A stretch of DNA of 62,624 nucleotides, the filler included, from Catajapyx aquilonaris (taxonomy: Eukaryota), in NCBI GenBank assembly GCA_000934665.2. It is 3 parts of 3 records of this genome, joined end to end, with 100 filler letters (N's around TTAATTAATTAA, not from the genome) between each part and the next. Parts side by side here need not be neighbours in the genome. Positions count along the whole stretch, not along the records: positions 1 to 20,812 come from JYFJ02006187.1; 2 more parts are not named here. One strand, given 5' to 3'. The notes under the pieces are model-generated. The model did not search any database, was not told the origin of the DNA, and saw nothing but the letters and a program-made list of their open reading frames with translations. Of the stretch, positions 1 to 13,600 are shown piece by piece. Numbering within the stretch: the stretch's first letter is position 1; every line of letters begins with the position of its first letter. Position numbers and translations under genes: made by a program.

Positions 1-1689
1 ATTTCTCGGGAAGGGTGTTTTCCTTCTAGCTGATAAGGAACCCGAAAAAAAATATTTCACCTTGAACTTCGAGGGACACTTCGAGAGGTTCCCTTGTTAG
101 TAGTATGGATATTTATTGTTAAGTTAACATTATCATAATAATTGCGCATAATATTATATATGTATTTAAAAAACAATGTATTTGGTTCAATTTTCCCTGG
201 GAGGGCTTGGAACCCATTACCCCCAGATTATTGGTGCCCAATATTTATAATCAACCATAATGTACAGTACCATTGCAAATATATATATATATATATCAGC
301 TTCCTGGCATACCCCGCAGCAATTTTAAATCAGGAAAATTGCGAATTTCAAATGAAGATTTCTTCAGTACTAGAAGAGATAGGGCAAAACTGATGGAGTT
401 TCAATTTTTTGTTTTACATTATTGGCCAGCATGTCTGCTAGAAATTGCAGTGGTTTAAGGATAAAAAGATAATGGAAGGGATCCTTTGGCTTCTCGGATA
501 TCCACTCTGCAAATTATTGTCTCTACTTTTGTACTAACATCGGCCTAAAATACATTTCTAAACTTTTGTGTGAGCTGCTGACAAGTCTAAAGTTTTAAGT
601 GTTAACTAGTAGCAACGATTAAAGTGCAGAATGTCACTTTCAATAGATTTGATAAATTGCTTGCATGTCGCTCGTGCTACAAACAGTACCAGTACCGTAC
701 CTTGTGAGTTGGGAACCAAAGTGTTATTTTAGTGAATTTGAGAATTTGGTGAGGTCCTATATTGGACAAAAAGATTGACATGATGTGGAATTGAAGAAAA
801 ATTCAAGGTTGGCTGATTTTTATTTTCCTGATAAAGTTGATTATGTTTTCAAAATGGCTTAATCCATACCGGTATTTAATTCCATATAATTTTTATGCTT
901 TCATTAATTCATATACATTGTGACTTGTCCCTCGCTTGTCCCTAATCGAAGGAGTAGCCAGCAGTAATGAAAGAACCACAAGAATAACATGCTGCATTCA
1001 AACTGGAGTCAACTGCTTACAGGGTGGACTGGTGACGATCTTTAAAAATACTGTATGGTGAATTTTGTAGCAATTTTTAGTTTTCTCCGTCCAGCTGGAC
1101 TGCAACTTAGTATGTTCTTAATTAATGTGTACAATTGTGGCTCCCCAGCCCATCCTGCAGCCAGGGTCAGGGGTACTTTGACAGTCACACAAGACTGCCA
1201 GAGCAGAACCAACAGCACTGGTCCTGGCAAAAGTTATTCACTAGGGTGTGGCCATGGCATATTATGAGCGTGCATGCAGAGTTTTTCTACTTTACCTTTT
1301 TAAAAACCTTCTTCTGGCCAGCAAAGTGCAGATTTTAGCATGCTACATGTGAACAACGCACTCTGGCTACTAAACCAATGTTACATCAGCAATTCTAATC
1401 AGTGGCATAAGCGGAGTCTAGTAAAAATTTTAAGCTAATTTTGACAACATGCTTGGTTTTCTGCCAAAAGGTTGCTGACATTTTCCCTACTGGCATGCTG
1501 AAATGTTGGCGGAATAAGTGCCATACCAAGTGTGACTTGAATTATGTTATTTAGGGGAAATCTATTGGAGAAGGTGATACATATTATAAACTGGTTTTAG
1601 GCAAGACATAACTCTTTAACTATCAACACAATGTAAACACTCTTTGAAACTTGTTTTAGTAATAATTTTGTTTATTTTATACTTCACAG

Positions 1690-4600
1690 TCCACAAGGAA
1701 GGTATCCAAGTGTGGCTACCTCTTTGTAGCGCCAGACTGGGATTTTTCCAATCCCCTCAACCGGACCAAAGTGAGTACTGATCCATTTGCTGTTTTTTGG
1801 TTAAATCACATGGCAATTCAAACAAAAATGCATATATGCACTGTTCATTGCTAAACTAAAATGCAGTGTAGTTACGTACTTGGGGAGTGTGCTTTTGGGC
1901 ATGACCCAAGCATTGAAAGTATGTGTGAGTGTGTATGAATATGTAGAAAGGGGCGTGGATGCATTGGCTTGGAGTGGAAAGGGATGTGTCTGCATGTTAT
2001 TATCCATTTTGTTGGGAGGTGGAGAGGGGAACGTCCATTCCCATTCTTCAATTGGAAAAAACCCCAAAGTTCAATGATAGCATAGTACTAGATAGTATTC
2101 TCTTGATATCGACATATCTAGATCTAGATAGCATTATCCTTAGAAACCGTGGCACTGGAGGGGATTTTTGATCCCGAATGAGTCAAGATAGTCTGAGGGT
2201 TAAAAACTAGAATGGGAAGAGTATCTGGCAGTGGCGAAGTTGCCAGGAAGAGTCGATAAAAGGCTCGTTTACAGAATATGGATCGGTAAAGTCTCACTAG
2301 ACGAATACACAGGGTGTTCCAAGTATTGGGTTCATTTTAATTATCGCAAATTTTGCAAGAAGTTGTTACTTTTGGTGTAACTTATTGTACTCCGATCGAG
2401 GTACCCGATTATTTTGTTCCAACAACTATTACATGCGAAAGGTGTTCATGCAAACTAATGTCATTGCATGAAGATATGGGAGAATATCTGCTCGATACAG
2501 TCAATTTTTGGGATGCTATGAATTCATCGCATGTAACAGAAGGCCTATTTTTAAAAAAACCAACGCAATGGCTAGGACATGACCACTACGAAATTGCAAC
2601 TCGCTTCTTTCAATGCAAGCAACAATATAATATAGCACTTTTAGTTACCAATGAAATTGTTGACATTTTCCCACTTGAATAATTTCGGCAGGTTATGGGT
2701 GTACATTTTTTTTTTTCAATGTTTCTTCCTCCGCCTTTTTTTTCTTTGTGCATAGGCCTGTCGCATACATGCAGGATTTCTTGAAGTCCAGGGCTTCTGC
2801 GTGTTCATTATTCTGCTAACCAACGAAAATTTACACCTCTCTGACGTGAGAGTGAGATAACCTTCTTAGTGGTGAAGTAAAACGCGTCAATATCTCGGCT
2901 ATCATGCCATACATACAGCCACTTTCCCTCGTAGTTTGCGTAAACCTCGAGAAGACGGTAAAGTGTAACGCAGATAAATTTGATACCGTTGTAGGGCGTA
3001 ATGGCGATAAATGTGCAATGAAAATCGCGCATTATTTTATGAAGAAGCCCCTTGCAGTGAAATTGTTGCAGCAAATTCCGGTAGGTAGCAGAGCCACTTC
3101 CGCTCTCCCCCGTCCCTCCTTCCCTCCCACACATACACCCACACACACAGATTTAACACTGAAAAAGTATAAAATTCACTGCAAAATTCACTGCAATTGA
3201 GCGGGGCCGAAAGATGTTCATCCACTCCACCTTGTAACGTGTATGTATATTTGAATCCCGCCAACAGTAAATGCTTAAGATAATCAGCTTAGTGCCAAAA
3301 AAAACAAAACAAACAACAGCACTGAAATCTGAAACAGGTATGCGGAAACATACAGGGAAAATGTAGGAATTTTGGGTGAGAGGCGGCCGGGAGGTAGGAA
3401 AGGATACCGTGAAGGCGATACTGAGCACATCGTAAATCCCCAGTGACAGCACAGAAATGTAATGAATTGTGCAGATTGGTTCAATTTACCAGCAACACTA
3501 GTGTATCACAAGTTGAAAGTATATGTATTGCTATGCATCTTACCTAATGGTTAACAGGATTACAGGGGTCAGATCTTAAATTTTCTGTGCAGGTTCAAAG
3601 TTTGTACTGCAGACTTTCATCTGGAGTGCAAATTACTTACTCGGATGGCTTAATTTTTAATTACTGGCTTTAGCCTTATTAAAAAGCAGGACCAACTGGA
3701 GTGTAACGTTTGCACTCCAAAGGATCAGTTTGGAGTGCAGATAACAATTTTGGAGTGTAAATTGCACCTGGTCATCCGAATATCTCGACCCCTGGGTACG
3801 ATTAGTCATGATTACACGGAGTCACTTTCCATAAAAACACGTACAATTCCACTCGGGATGACACGGCCAATTGTTCACTTGATTACGCGAGTTGTTACCA
3901 TAAGATAACTGCTAACTTATCGTTTCAGAGATGGCAACGACGGTGGTTTGTGCTGTACGACGACGGGGAGCTGACATACAGCGTGGACGAACATGTGAGT
4001 TATTATTCCCCCCCCCCCCCCCCNTTTTTTTGTGTTGTGCTTGGAACCTTTATACACAGGCTCCCATGATGACCAACCGCTGCCTCTTTATATGCACCCA
4101 CAGCCCGAAACTGTGCCTCAGGCCATCATCGACATGAGCCAAGTACTGGAAGTGACTGGTGCAGAAGAAGTGACGGGGAATCCCTTCAGCTTGGCCATCA
4201 CAGCCCCGGAGAGAGTTACATTTGTCAAGGGGACTTGCAGAGAAGAGTCGCGATTCTGGTTCGACGTGCTTGCCATCTTCCCTAGGTCCAAGGTAGGAAC
4301 GTTTTTTTGTTTTGTTTTTTTTTAAGGGAAAAATATGCATGGGAACTCTGTGCCTTATTCGGCACTGGGTCCAACGAGAGATTTGAGGGTTGCAGTGGTC
4401 CACTCCGCCGACCGGTCCAGCGCATTTACCACAACATCGTGACCACCTGACCCGTCATGCAGGCGGAATCTCCTACGTGATTTAATGGTATCAAGGAGTA
4501 TTACGGAATCAGTCGAGTCCGATGTCTTGTGGGGGNGGGGGGGGCTGAAAGGATGGAATGTGTCAGAGAATCTCGCGGGAATCGGGAAATGAATATGAAT

Positions 4601-7600
4601 GATAGTCAAATGGGACGAATTAGCGAATTAGCCAATTTTATTTGGGAACAAACACGTCCCTAGACGAGTGCACAAATGCGCAAAATTGCGACATTGGGAG
4701 GAATTTTCGTCGTACTACTAGTTACTTATATAGTTACTAGTTACTTAAATAGTAGTATGACGAAAATTCCACCCATTGAGTGTTACGTCACTATTGGTGA
4801 CCACTCACATCTCTTGTCATGCAGTGAGACACTTCTGTCGACCCACACATACCTCCCATCAGCGTAACGCATTCGTGGAATTGTCTCGGCTTTACTCAGG
4901 AAGTATGGAGATGGTCACTGATTCTTTCTTTTGCCGGAACTATTTAAAAAAAAAATCTACTGGGTTATCACTGGATTTATTGGGCCACTGACACGCGTGG
5001 ATAACGTAATTTAGGTGAAATACCGGCAGTGCTAATTTTAATGACACCTTGCGTCCTACTGAGGTTTGTTGATCATGCAAGAAGCTGTTCCTAGCCTTTT
5101 ACACCCGAAAGACCACGATAATAACTCAGGAAGCAAAAAAGAATTTCAACGAGATTTTTTCTGCACGGTCGTCTGCGAAAAGTGCTGAGATAATGTACGT
5201 TGGTGATTTATTGCGCCCTCTTTCCAAGTGGTTGAATAGCATGTTATTTATTCCAACTGTCGCAACAACAACGGGTTTACCAGGAAAATGAGTGGCTGTA
5301 GGCAGCGCCCAAAAACCACGAAACAACCTTGTTGATTCCCACCTGCCAGCAACAATTAACTCTGATAAATGCTAAAAGGGAAAATACAAATTAGGACGAG
5401 TAATGAATGAATCGGAGATAAGGATCCGTTCCCTGGGTGATAAGCGCCGGACTTGATGCGTGTTTAGTAATCTAGTTGGGAGATAGTGGGCATCAAATGG
5501 GAATGAGAGAGAGAGAGAAAAGGATGTAATTAGAGAAACAAACGAGGTGTGGGTGCACCAGTTTGGTGTTGGAAGTGCCCCCATGTGAATCAGACGAGGA
5601 ACGTGCTGGAAGTTGTCAAGTTTGAATTGAGTGGTGTTGCTATCAGATGAGGTCTGATGGCGGTGCGTGGAAGGCAAAAAGAAGTATGTGTAATGCCAAG
5701 GGAGGGATGCATTGGTGTGTATGGGGGCTGGGGGGAGGGGGAGATAAAGCCCGCTATGTAGTGGTAGGCTCAATGGGGACCGCTAAGGCTAGCGGTCCCG
5801 TGGCTCGGTGTGCGGTTTGTGCGGTGTGGTTGCTGACCATCCAGGGGTCAACGACCCGCCTCCCTCTCCTGTCCTACCGTATCTTCTGGTTACAAATGTC
5901 TTTTGCTTTACTACATTTTTTCTGCCTTTTTTTTCCTGTTTGCCTTTAGGGAAGGCACAAGAGGAACGCCACCTTCCCCGGGGGGAAGGCCACCACCATC
6001 CCCCAACATGCCATCGGGGGAGGGACAACTCACGCGGGAAGAGGTGAGATGGATTACGCTTGGGAGAGGGGCCATCCCCCACTCCTTATCAGAACACCCA
6101 GCATGGCCCCCTCCCCTCCCATGTTCTTCTTTCTCCCCCTCACATTGCCCTCCAACTTTGTCACCTGCTGCTGGGAGGCAGGTTGGAAGGGGGCCCCACC
6201 GACCTACATCTAGGAGGGGGATCCTCTAATCCTCTTCACACAACAAACTGGACTCTAACTGTTATTGAAATGGATGCGATGTGCAGATAATGAAAATAAA
6301 AATGGTGCATGATCCACATGATAGCAAAAAGCAGGCCAAGTATAGATAAGGAACATGAGGAAGTATGGTGGAGGAATTTGAAAACAAACATGTTGCACTT
6401 GTTTGCTTCAGTGTTTACTTTTTCCTTGAGAACATTGACGCCTCTTGCAATGTATGCGTTGTTAAGGTCATGGAGAGGTACTTTTGGCGTGTACATTTGC
6501 AGAAGTGCATTTTTGTGCGGATTTGCCTCTTGTTGTAGGTGTTGCATTTGAAGTTAGCCTGCAGGCCCCCATCAGGATATTAATGAAATTTGGTCATGTG
6601 TAAGGGGAATTAGAAAAGGGTCAGTATAGTGGTACGGTGTGTGTCATTGTCCGTATCCTCAAGTATCGCAGTTTGTTGAGAAAAAGATGGCTCAAGCACA
6701 TAAATTATTTTGAAGCACTGACTAGACTCTGGAGATGCCTTTTACATAGAAATTAAATTATTTGAGTCAAACCTCATTTTAGATAATGTTTTTTTCTGTG
6801 ATTTGCAGTGATTTCTCTTGCAGTAAAATATAGCTCTCTACTAAAAAATTAAGCCAATGCCTGTCAATCTGAAATTTTCTCATGGGCCTTTTTATCATTG
6901 CAGGCCCTTCATGTACAGTATTCATGAGTATGAATTGCAAGAGTCTCATTTAAATGCTGTGATCTAATGTGAAATTGAATAAGGTTGTAATGTGGGCTGT
7001 GCTTTGTGATATAAGCGGGATGTAACCATAACACCACATCATGATGTCACCAGGTGGCCATGATTTACAGAATTCTGTTGGTGTTAATAATGATATTGTA
7101 CTAGACACAAATTTAGCCTTCTTACCTTTGACGTGCATTTTGACACTGGACCTAAAGCTAATGATTATAGTGCAAAAAAGTGTGAGCCAATATCCAGGCA
7201 TAGACAGATTGGAGAGGGTGGGATGGGTGGCCATGTTCACCGGATAATGTGGTATCTTTTTATTCACTTTAGTCGTTTTGGTGTGGACTGGAAGATGTTA
7301 TTCAAGTTTCGCATTAACAACTAGCTTTTCCACAAATTGCACAATAGCAAGTGATAAACTCATATCAATAGTTGACAAGTTCAGAACGCCTGAAAGAATG
7401 TCATGTTTGAATTCTTAACTGCACATAGTACCTCAGGATACGGTTTTGTGACATGTGTCCTGGAAAAGTGAGATATCACTTGAATATGGAATTGGAAAAT
7501 GTGCTGCTTCTCCAAATTTCCTTAGAGTGTACACCCCATGCACACAGTTGCCTTTGATGACGCCTTAAAAGCTGTAACATCAGGTGCAACATGTAACAAA

Positions 7601-10600
7601 AAGACAGACATCTAATGATGAATAAAATTGAACAACTAAAAAAGTAGTGCACAATTTCCCATATTGCCATACATGGCAGGACCAGGTTATACAGGGTGTT
7701 TCCGAGCTATCTCTACAAACTTCTAGGGGTAATAGAGGGGACCAAGACAAACATATTTCACATAGGAACCCGTGTCCGGAAACGCCATCTAGAGAGGGTT
7801 CATAGACAAGGAACGGGGTCGCTCAGACGCATCAGGCGGGCGGCATTAGCGACTCGACCGTTTAGTTGCTAGGTGGCGCACGGATTGTACACAACTCAGC
7901 AATTCGCCATAACTTGGCTACAACAGAGTTGTTGTTTATTATCTGTGCGCTACCTAGCATGCTGACTTTAGTTGTTAGGTGGCTCTGTTGTTGCCAGGTT
8001 ATTGCGAATTGCGAAGTTGTGTACAATCCGCGCGCCACCTAGCAACTAAACGGTCAGCTCGCTAATACCGTCCGCCTGACCCGTCTGAGCACGCCTGTTC
8101 CTCGTCTATGAACCCCCTCTAGATGGCGTTTCCGGACACAGGTTCCTATGTGAAATATGTTTGTCTTGGTCCCCTCTATTACCCCTAGAAGTTCGGGAAA
8201 CACCCTGTATTACCTTGGTTGTTATTATCAACATCAACATTCACTAACTTGTAAATTTTTCTATTGATTTTCAACCAGTGCCTCAGCCTTCTGAGACACC
8301 TCCACTTCGGCGACCCCGCTTCCACAGCTGTCACACTGAGCCAGGTCCGCGCCTTCGCTCTTTGCCATGGACCTGCCGCCAGCCTCCAGGTGGGTGTGTC
8401 CCTATCTCTCCCACCCCATGTGAACTTACCCCAACCTCAACATCCCCCAAATACCACCTAAGTAATATTCAGGAAAAGAGGCTTCCTATTCCTGTGTACC
8501 TTCGGTTGGCCAATGTTCCCCGTGGGAAACACTACCAGAGCCTTCGATGTCTCCAGAGGGATTATTGTTCCACCTTTGAGAATTTGAGTAAGTCAGGCTC
8601 CACTTAAAATTGTCTTCATGACTTGGGGACCATCTGTCCTGTCTGTGGAGCTTTTGTTGGGATTCACTGCTTGTCACATTTTTCACTTCAGTTTTCACGT
8701 CACTTAAGCCCCCATAGTGTTGCTGATGTGTATGTATCCTGCATATGCACCTCTCCTATGCACTCAACTTTTATGGGCCACTATGTTATGTGTTCTGGTG
8801 TATACAAGGTGTTCCTATTGAAATGGTATTGATGGCAATTTTTTGGCATCAAGCTGCTTAATTTAAAGTTACCTTGGACCAATTATTTTCATAGTCATCA
8901 AGGGAATTAGCTGGAAATGTGTGAGGGTGCTCCCTGTAAAAATGAGCTCAGTTATTGTGGTTGAATTTTACTCTGAGGGTTCTCTCCAGTCGGAAATTCA
9001 TTGCAATATTCAAGCTTGGATAGGATAATCATTTTTTTGAAATATTAGAAACTAATGGGCAATTCCATGCGTTACGTACAGACAATCGGAAGCTGTATTG
9101 AGGTGTTTAGGAGTCCACCGCGGCTAGGTACTTGCCGTAATAGATTAACTGTTATGAAAATCAGATGCAGCGCAGAAATGTGAAGGTGAGGGACATCATG
9201 GAAATTTCATTCGATGGCCATCCACGCGTGTGCGATTGTCTGAAATCTCGTTACGTACCATCCGTCATTGGACACCAGTTTCTGGGGTATATGCAACTAG
9301 GGGGAAACTCTGTGAAATTTGACAGCACAGGTTTCGAAGCTCAAGTGCATGTGGGGCAGTAGGGTGCGAGGAACCTCATCATGCCATTAGATTGGGAGAA
9401 TTCTCATTTTGAACGTGAAAACATTTGAGATATCCACCCGTTACGTACCACCCGGCATCGTTACGTACAACCTACAGCGATTTACTGGGAGTAGCATAAA
9501 TTTTTGGAGATTGGTATGTCTGTGAATTCATAATCTTATAATGGCTCCGCTGCACTGAAATAGGAACTAGGTCAGTTTTTGACCTTTGGATACCTTTTGG
9601 TGTGGCTGTGGAAGGTCACACATTCATGAATACAGCAAAGTGATTGCACAGGTCGATGTTGCATTTTGTGCCCTTGAATTATATGAAAACGTCTGTCTCT
9701 CTTCCTTTCACATATCGGTACAGCGAATAACCAGCTGGCAATGCGCATTAGCCGAACGGATATCACAGAGCGCACGCTTAGATACTCTGGGAATAATACT
9801 GTGTTGTTGGGAATGATACTGTCACAAACTAACATGTCTAAGGAAACCATGGTCCACATGCTATCGGTTTTAGTCACTCAGATTCCAACTGCGTCAAGAT
9901 GTAAGAACCGCACCCCATGTCCGCTCTTTCGTGGAATTGCCCTAATACTTTTGTTAGCCATTAACAGTAATTGAAGTAATTGCTTAAAAGAAGCAGCTTT
10001 TAGTGCCAAAAAATTATACCACAAATGTCATTTCAATTGGAGCATACAGTACAATGTTTGTGAGAAATTTGTTGCTTAGGAAGAGATAGTCACCTCATTA
10101 GTCATTCATCATTCATTCAGTCATTCATTTCACTTGAGGCATATTCCCATCAAGTTGGGGTTACCAGCGATGAATGAATGATGATGAATGAATGAGTGAA
10201 TGAATGAATCTCGTTACTCAATTATGGGAAAATAATTTAGTTGTGTACTACTAGTGCATTTTGAATCACGATTACTGGTATGTCAAAGATCTCTCATTTA
10301 CTCATTAAAATGTTAGGTTTCCATGACAGTGATTAGTTGACATAGTTGGTGTGAATGTATTGTAAAGGTATGTTCGCAAGCTCCCGAGAACCACTGCTTT
10401 TGAGTGAATTGAAGGCATTTTAGCTTGAATGAGAAGTCAATATGTGAATGAGCTGTGAGGATTAGTCTCTTGCTTTGCCTATGACCAATTCTCATGAACT
10501 TGTGGACGCACTTGGCTTGAGAGCAACTTGTTGACAATTTTTGTTGTCTCTGGCCCTGACTATCCATACAAGTGTTCTAATCCACCTTTCCCTGTTCCTG

Positions 10601-13600
10601 TAACCAGTTCCTATTCAAAGCCACCTTCTTTCCCGCAAACTTGGAGAACGTACCTGAGTTCAGAGAAGTGCATATCTCACAATACACAAGAGAACTTTCA
10701 GTGATGGGAAGAGGTTTTGTATACATTGCATATTATTATGTACCTTTATGGAGTATTCATAAGACTTCGCCATAATTCTTCCTGAAGCATTGATTTGCAT
10801 CTTAAAAGTGCACGCTGTGAATATGGGCCACTCATGTGTCACTTTGCCGAAGTAAAAATTTCAATAGGGGGGGGGACCAGGATTCAATTGTTGGACTAGT
10901 CACCCCAAGGTGATGTAAACCAAAATTGGTGGCCATCTTCCAATGCATTTGTGTATCATTTGATTATTGCAGCTTCTTTTTCTTCATGGCTTCAGATTTA
11001 AAGTGCCCACTTCCCATGTAGTCCTACTCTACATATGTAGCTTAGTTGGAGAAATATATACTTATCATAAACCATGTACTTAAAAAACATTCTTCAACAA
11101 CTGAATGACAAGCAAGTGCATGTGAGTTGTCTGTCAATTTTGTGTTCATTGCCAGGGATGACCAAATCACCAATATATTCTCCATCCATCCCTTCCCCCT
11201 CTCTCTGACCGTTCACTTGGGGAGAGTAACATTCCATGGCAGACTTAGGCCTAGATGCACTTGCACAAGGTAGACCTTCAGGTGTGGGTCTACCCTTGTT
11301 ATTAATTATGAATTCATCGTTGCCAACAATTATTATTAACAATGATAGACCCATACCTGAAGCTCTCTTGTTCTGGGCACAGATTTGGAGACATATTATT
11401 GCTGTTTAATTTATTTTTATTGTCTGATAAAGGAGAAACTTGTGTGTTACTTAAAAAGTTGGTGGAACCGACGGCTTCTACTAGGAATAGGTTTCACTGT
11501 ATTTGTTGCTTTGAGTGGGAAGAAGACGGAGCAAAAAAAAAACTCTAGCTAGTTATACTGTATGTAATTGTGAATTACATTACAATTACGGTGAACTTAC
11601 ATTTACATTTTGCTAGTAGCAGTGTTGGTAGGACAGTTTACGTAGTTCACCATTCATTATATTTTATGTGCATGTCCATTGTATTGAATGTGTTTTCGTA
11701 GCTGAGTTTAATTCTGAAACCTACTGTGCAATGTATCTAGGAAAGCTTGTATACCATTTCCTGTTTTTTAAAGTACACTACTGGTCAAAAGTTTAGCATC
11801 ACCCCCCAAGCAGAGGTTTTTAATATCTCAAGTCTAAACTTACAGTACAAATTGAAAGTGTGAGGCATTGTTGAAAGCGTCGGGAATAACTCTACAAACC
11901 AAAAATGGAACGGTCATTCTAGGTTCAACAGAGGCGCAGATATTACCTTTGTTTTTAAAAGAAATCTCGGAACACCTACATTTTCAACTATAAATATTAA
12001 TAAAGGTAATCATCACGAATTCATGCTTTATTATTTTTTATTTATGGCAATAAGTAAACGCCCAACAAAAAAATCAAAAATACCACAACAATTTAAAATA
12101 ATTATCATTCGAACTGTAATTTTTTAAAATATGCTGCATTTCTTGTTATTTGCACCCAACCTTTGACGTATCGTCAACAGCGCATAACTTGAGAACCGAT
12201 ACTCCTACAGAAATGAGGTTTGGACCAGCCGATTTGTTAAGATCTTCCAAATCGCTGGTCCAAACTTCATTTCTGTAGGAGTATCGGTTCTCAAGTTATG
12301 CGCTGCTGACGATACGTCAAAGGTTGGGTGCATATAACAAGAAGTGCCGCATATTTAAAAAAAATTACAGTTCAAGTGATACGTATTTAAAATTTTTGTG
12401 GTATTTTTTTTGTGTTCGGCGTTATCTTATTTCCCTTATTAAAAATAATAAAGCAAGAATTCGTTATGATTACCTTTATTTATTAATATTTATAGTTGAA
12501 AATGTAGGTGTTCGAGATTTTTTTAAAAAACAAAATAGGTAATATCTGCACCTCTGTTGAACCTAGAATGACTGTTCCTTTTTTGGTTTGTAGAGTTATT
12601 CACGACGCTTTTATCAGTGGCTCACATTTTCAATTTGTACTGTAACTTTAGGCTTGAGAAATAAAAAACCTCTGCTGGGGGGGGCTAAACTTTTGACCGG
12701 TACTGTAGATCTGACTAGAAAAATGTATGATGCTTTATGAATTGTGACAGGTGAAGAAGAGACTGGCTCCACAGAGGAGAAGGAAGCTCTCAACCAACTT
12801 GTGGAATCCAGCAGAGGAGATGAAAAAGCCTCAGAACGAGACAAGGAAAAGGAAGAGGGTCACAGGAAGAAGGGGGAGGATGGGGATGAGAATGAGGAGG
12901 ATGATGAAACTAAAAAGGGAGACCAAGTGGACAGTGGCCACCCAGTGAGAGGTGACCCAGATGGTTGTGGGCACCCTACCAACCGCATCTTGATTTCTGG
13001 AGAGGGGGAGGGAGAGGAAGATGAGATGCTTAACCTAAAGAAGGGATGGCTTATGAAGCAAGGAATCAACAAGGTGAGATTTTGTCTCCCTCATTTTCCC
13101 CTTCCCCACCCTCTTCTGAATGTATTTCAAGAGTCTTGCTGTTTGAGAGGGTAGTATGGACACATCATATTGGGAGATGCCATTCAGTTATTTTTCAGAT
13201 CATTTACAGGACTTGAATATGAGGTGTTTATCATTTATTTATTTCTTACCTGAGAAATAGTGGAGTTGTGGTGTATGGAGTATGGTCTGGAGTGTAGGTT
13301 TGTGAGTGGGATAGCCATGGTGGAAAATTTATTTTAAAAATGTGCATCAGCATTCGGTTATATAAGGTGCTGGAGAATTGAGCACTCCTTGTTAGAATGC
13401 AAAGAACAGGGTTCGTTCTTCTATTTCTGTTAATAAATATATAAATAATAAATAATAATAATATTAACAGTGTTGATGAAAAGGCTAGCAAGAACAACAA
13501 CCCATCTTAAGATTACACTAGAAAAACCCTCGCTACGCTCGCATTTTTCTAGGCCTACTGCCTGCAGTGGCTACCATATTTTTAATCGTGCCGGATTTAT

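Noticed and set aside
3563..3794. hAT-like MITE (CAGGGGTC...GACCCCTG)
   Set aside because: Short TIR present but no 8-bp TSD; not listed as a supported feature.
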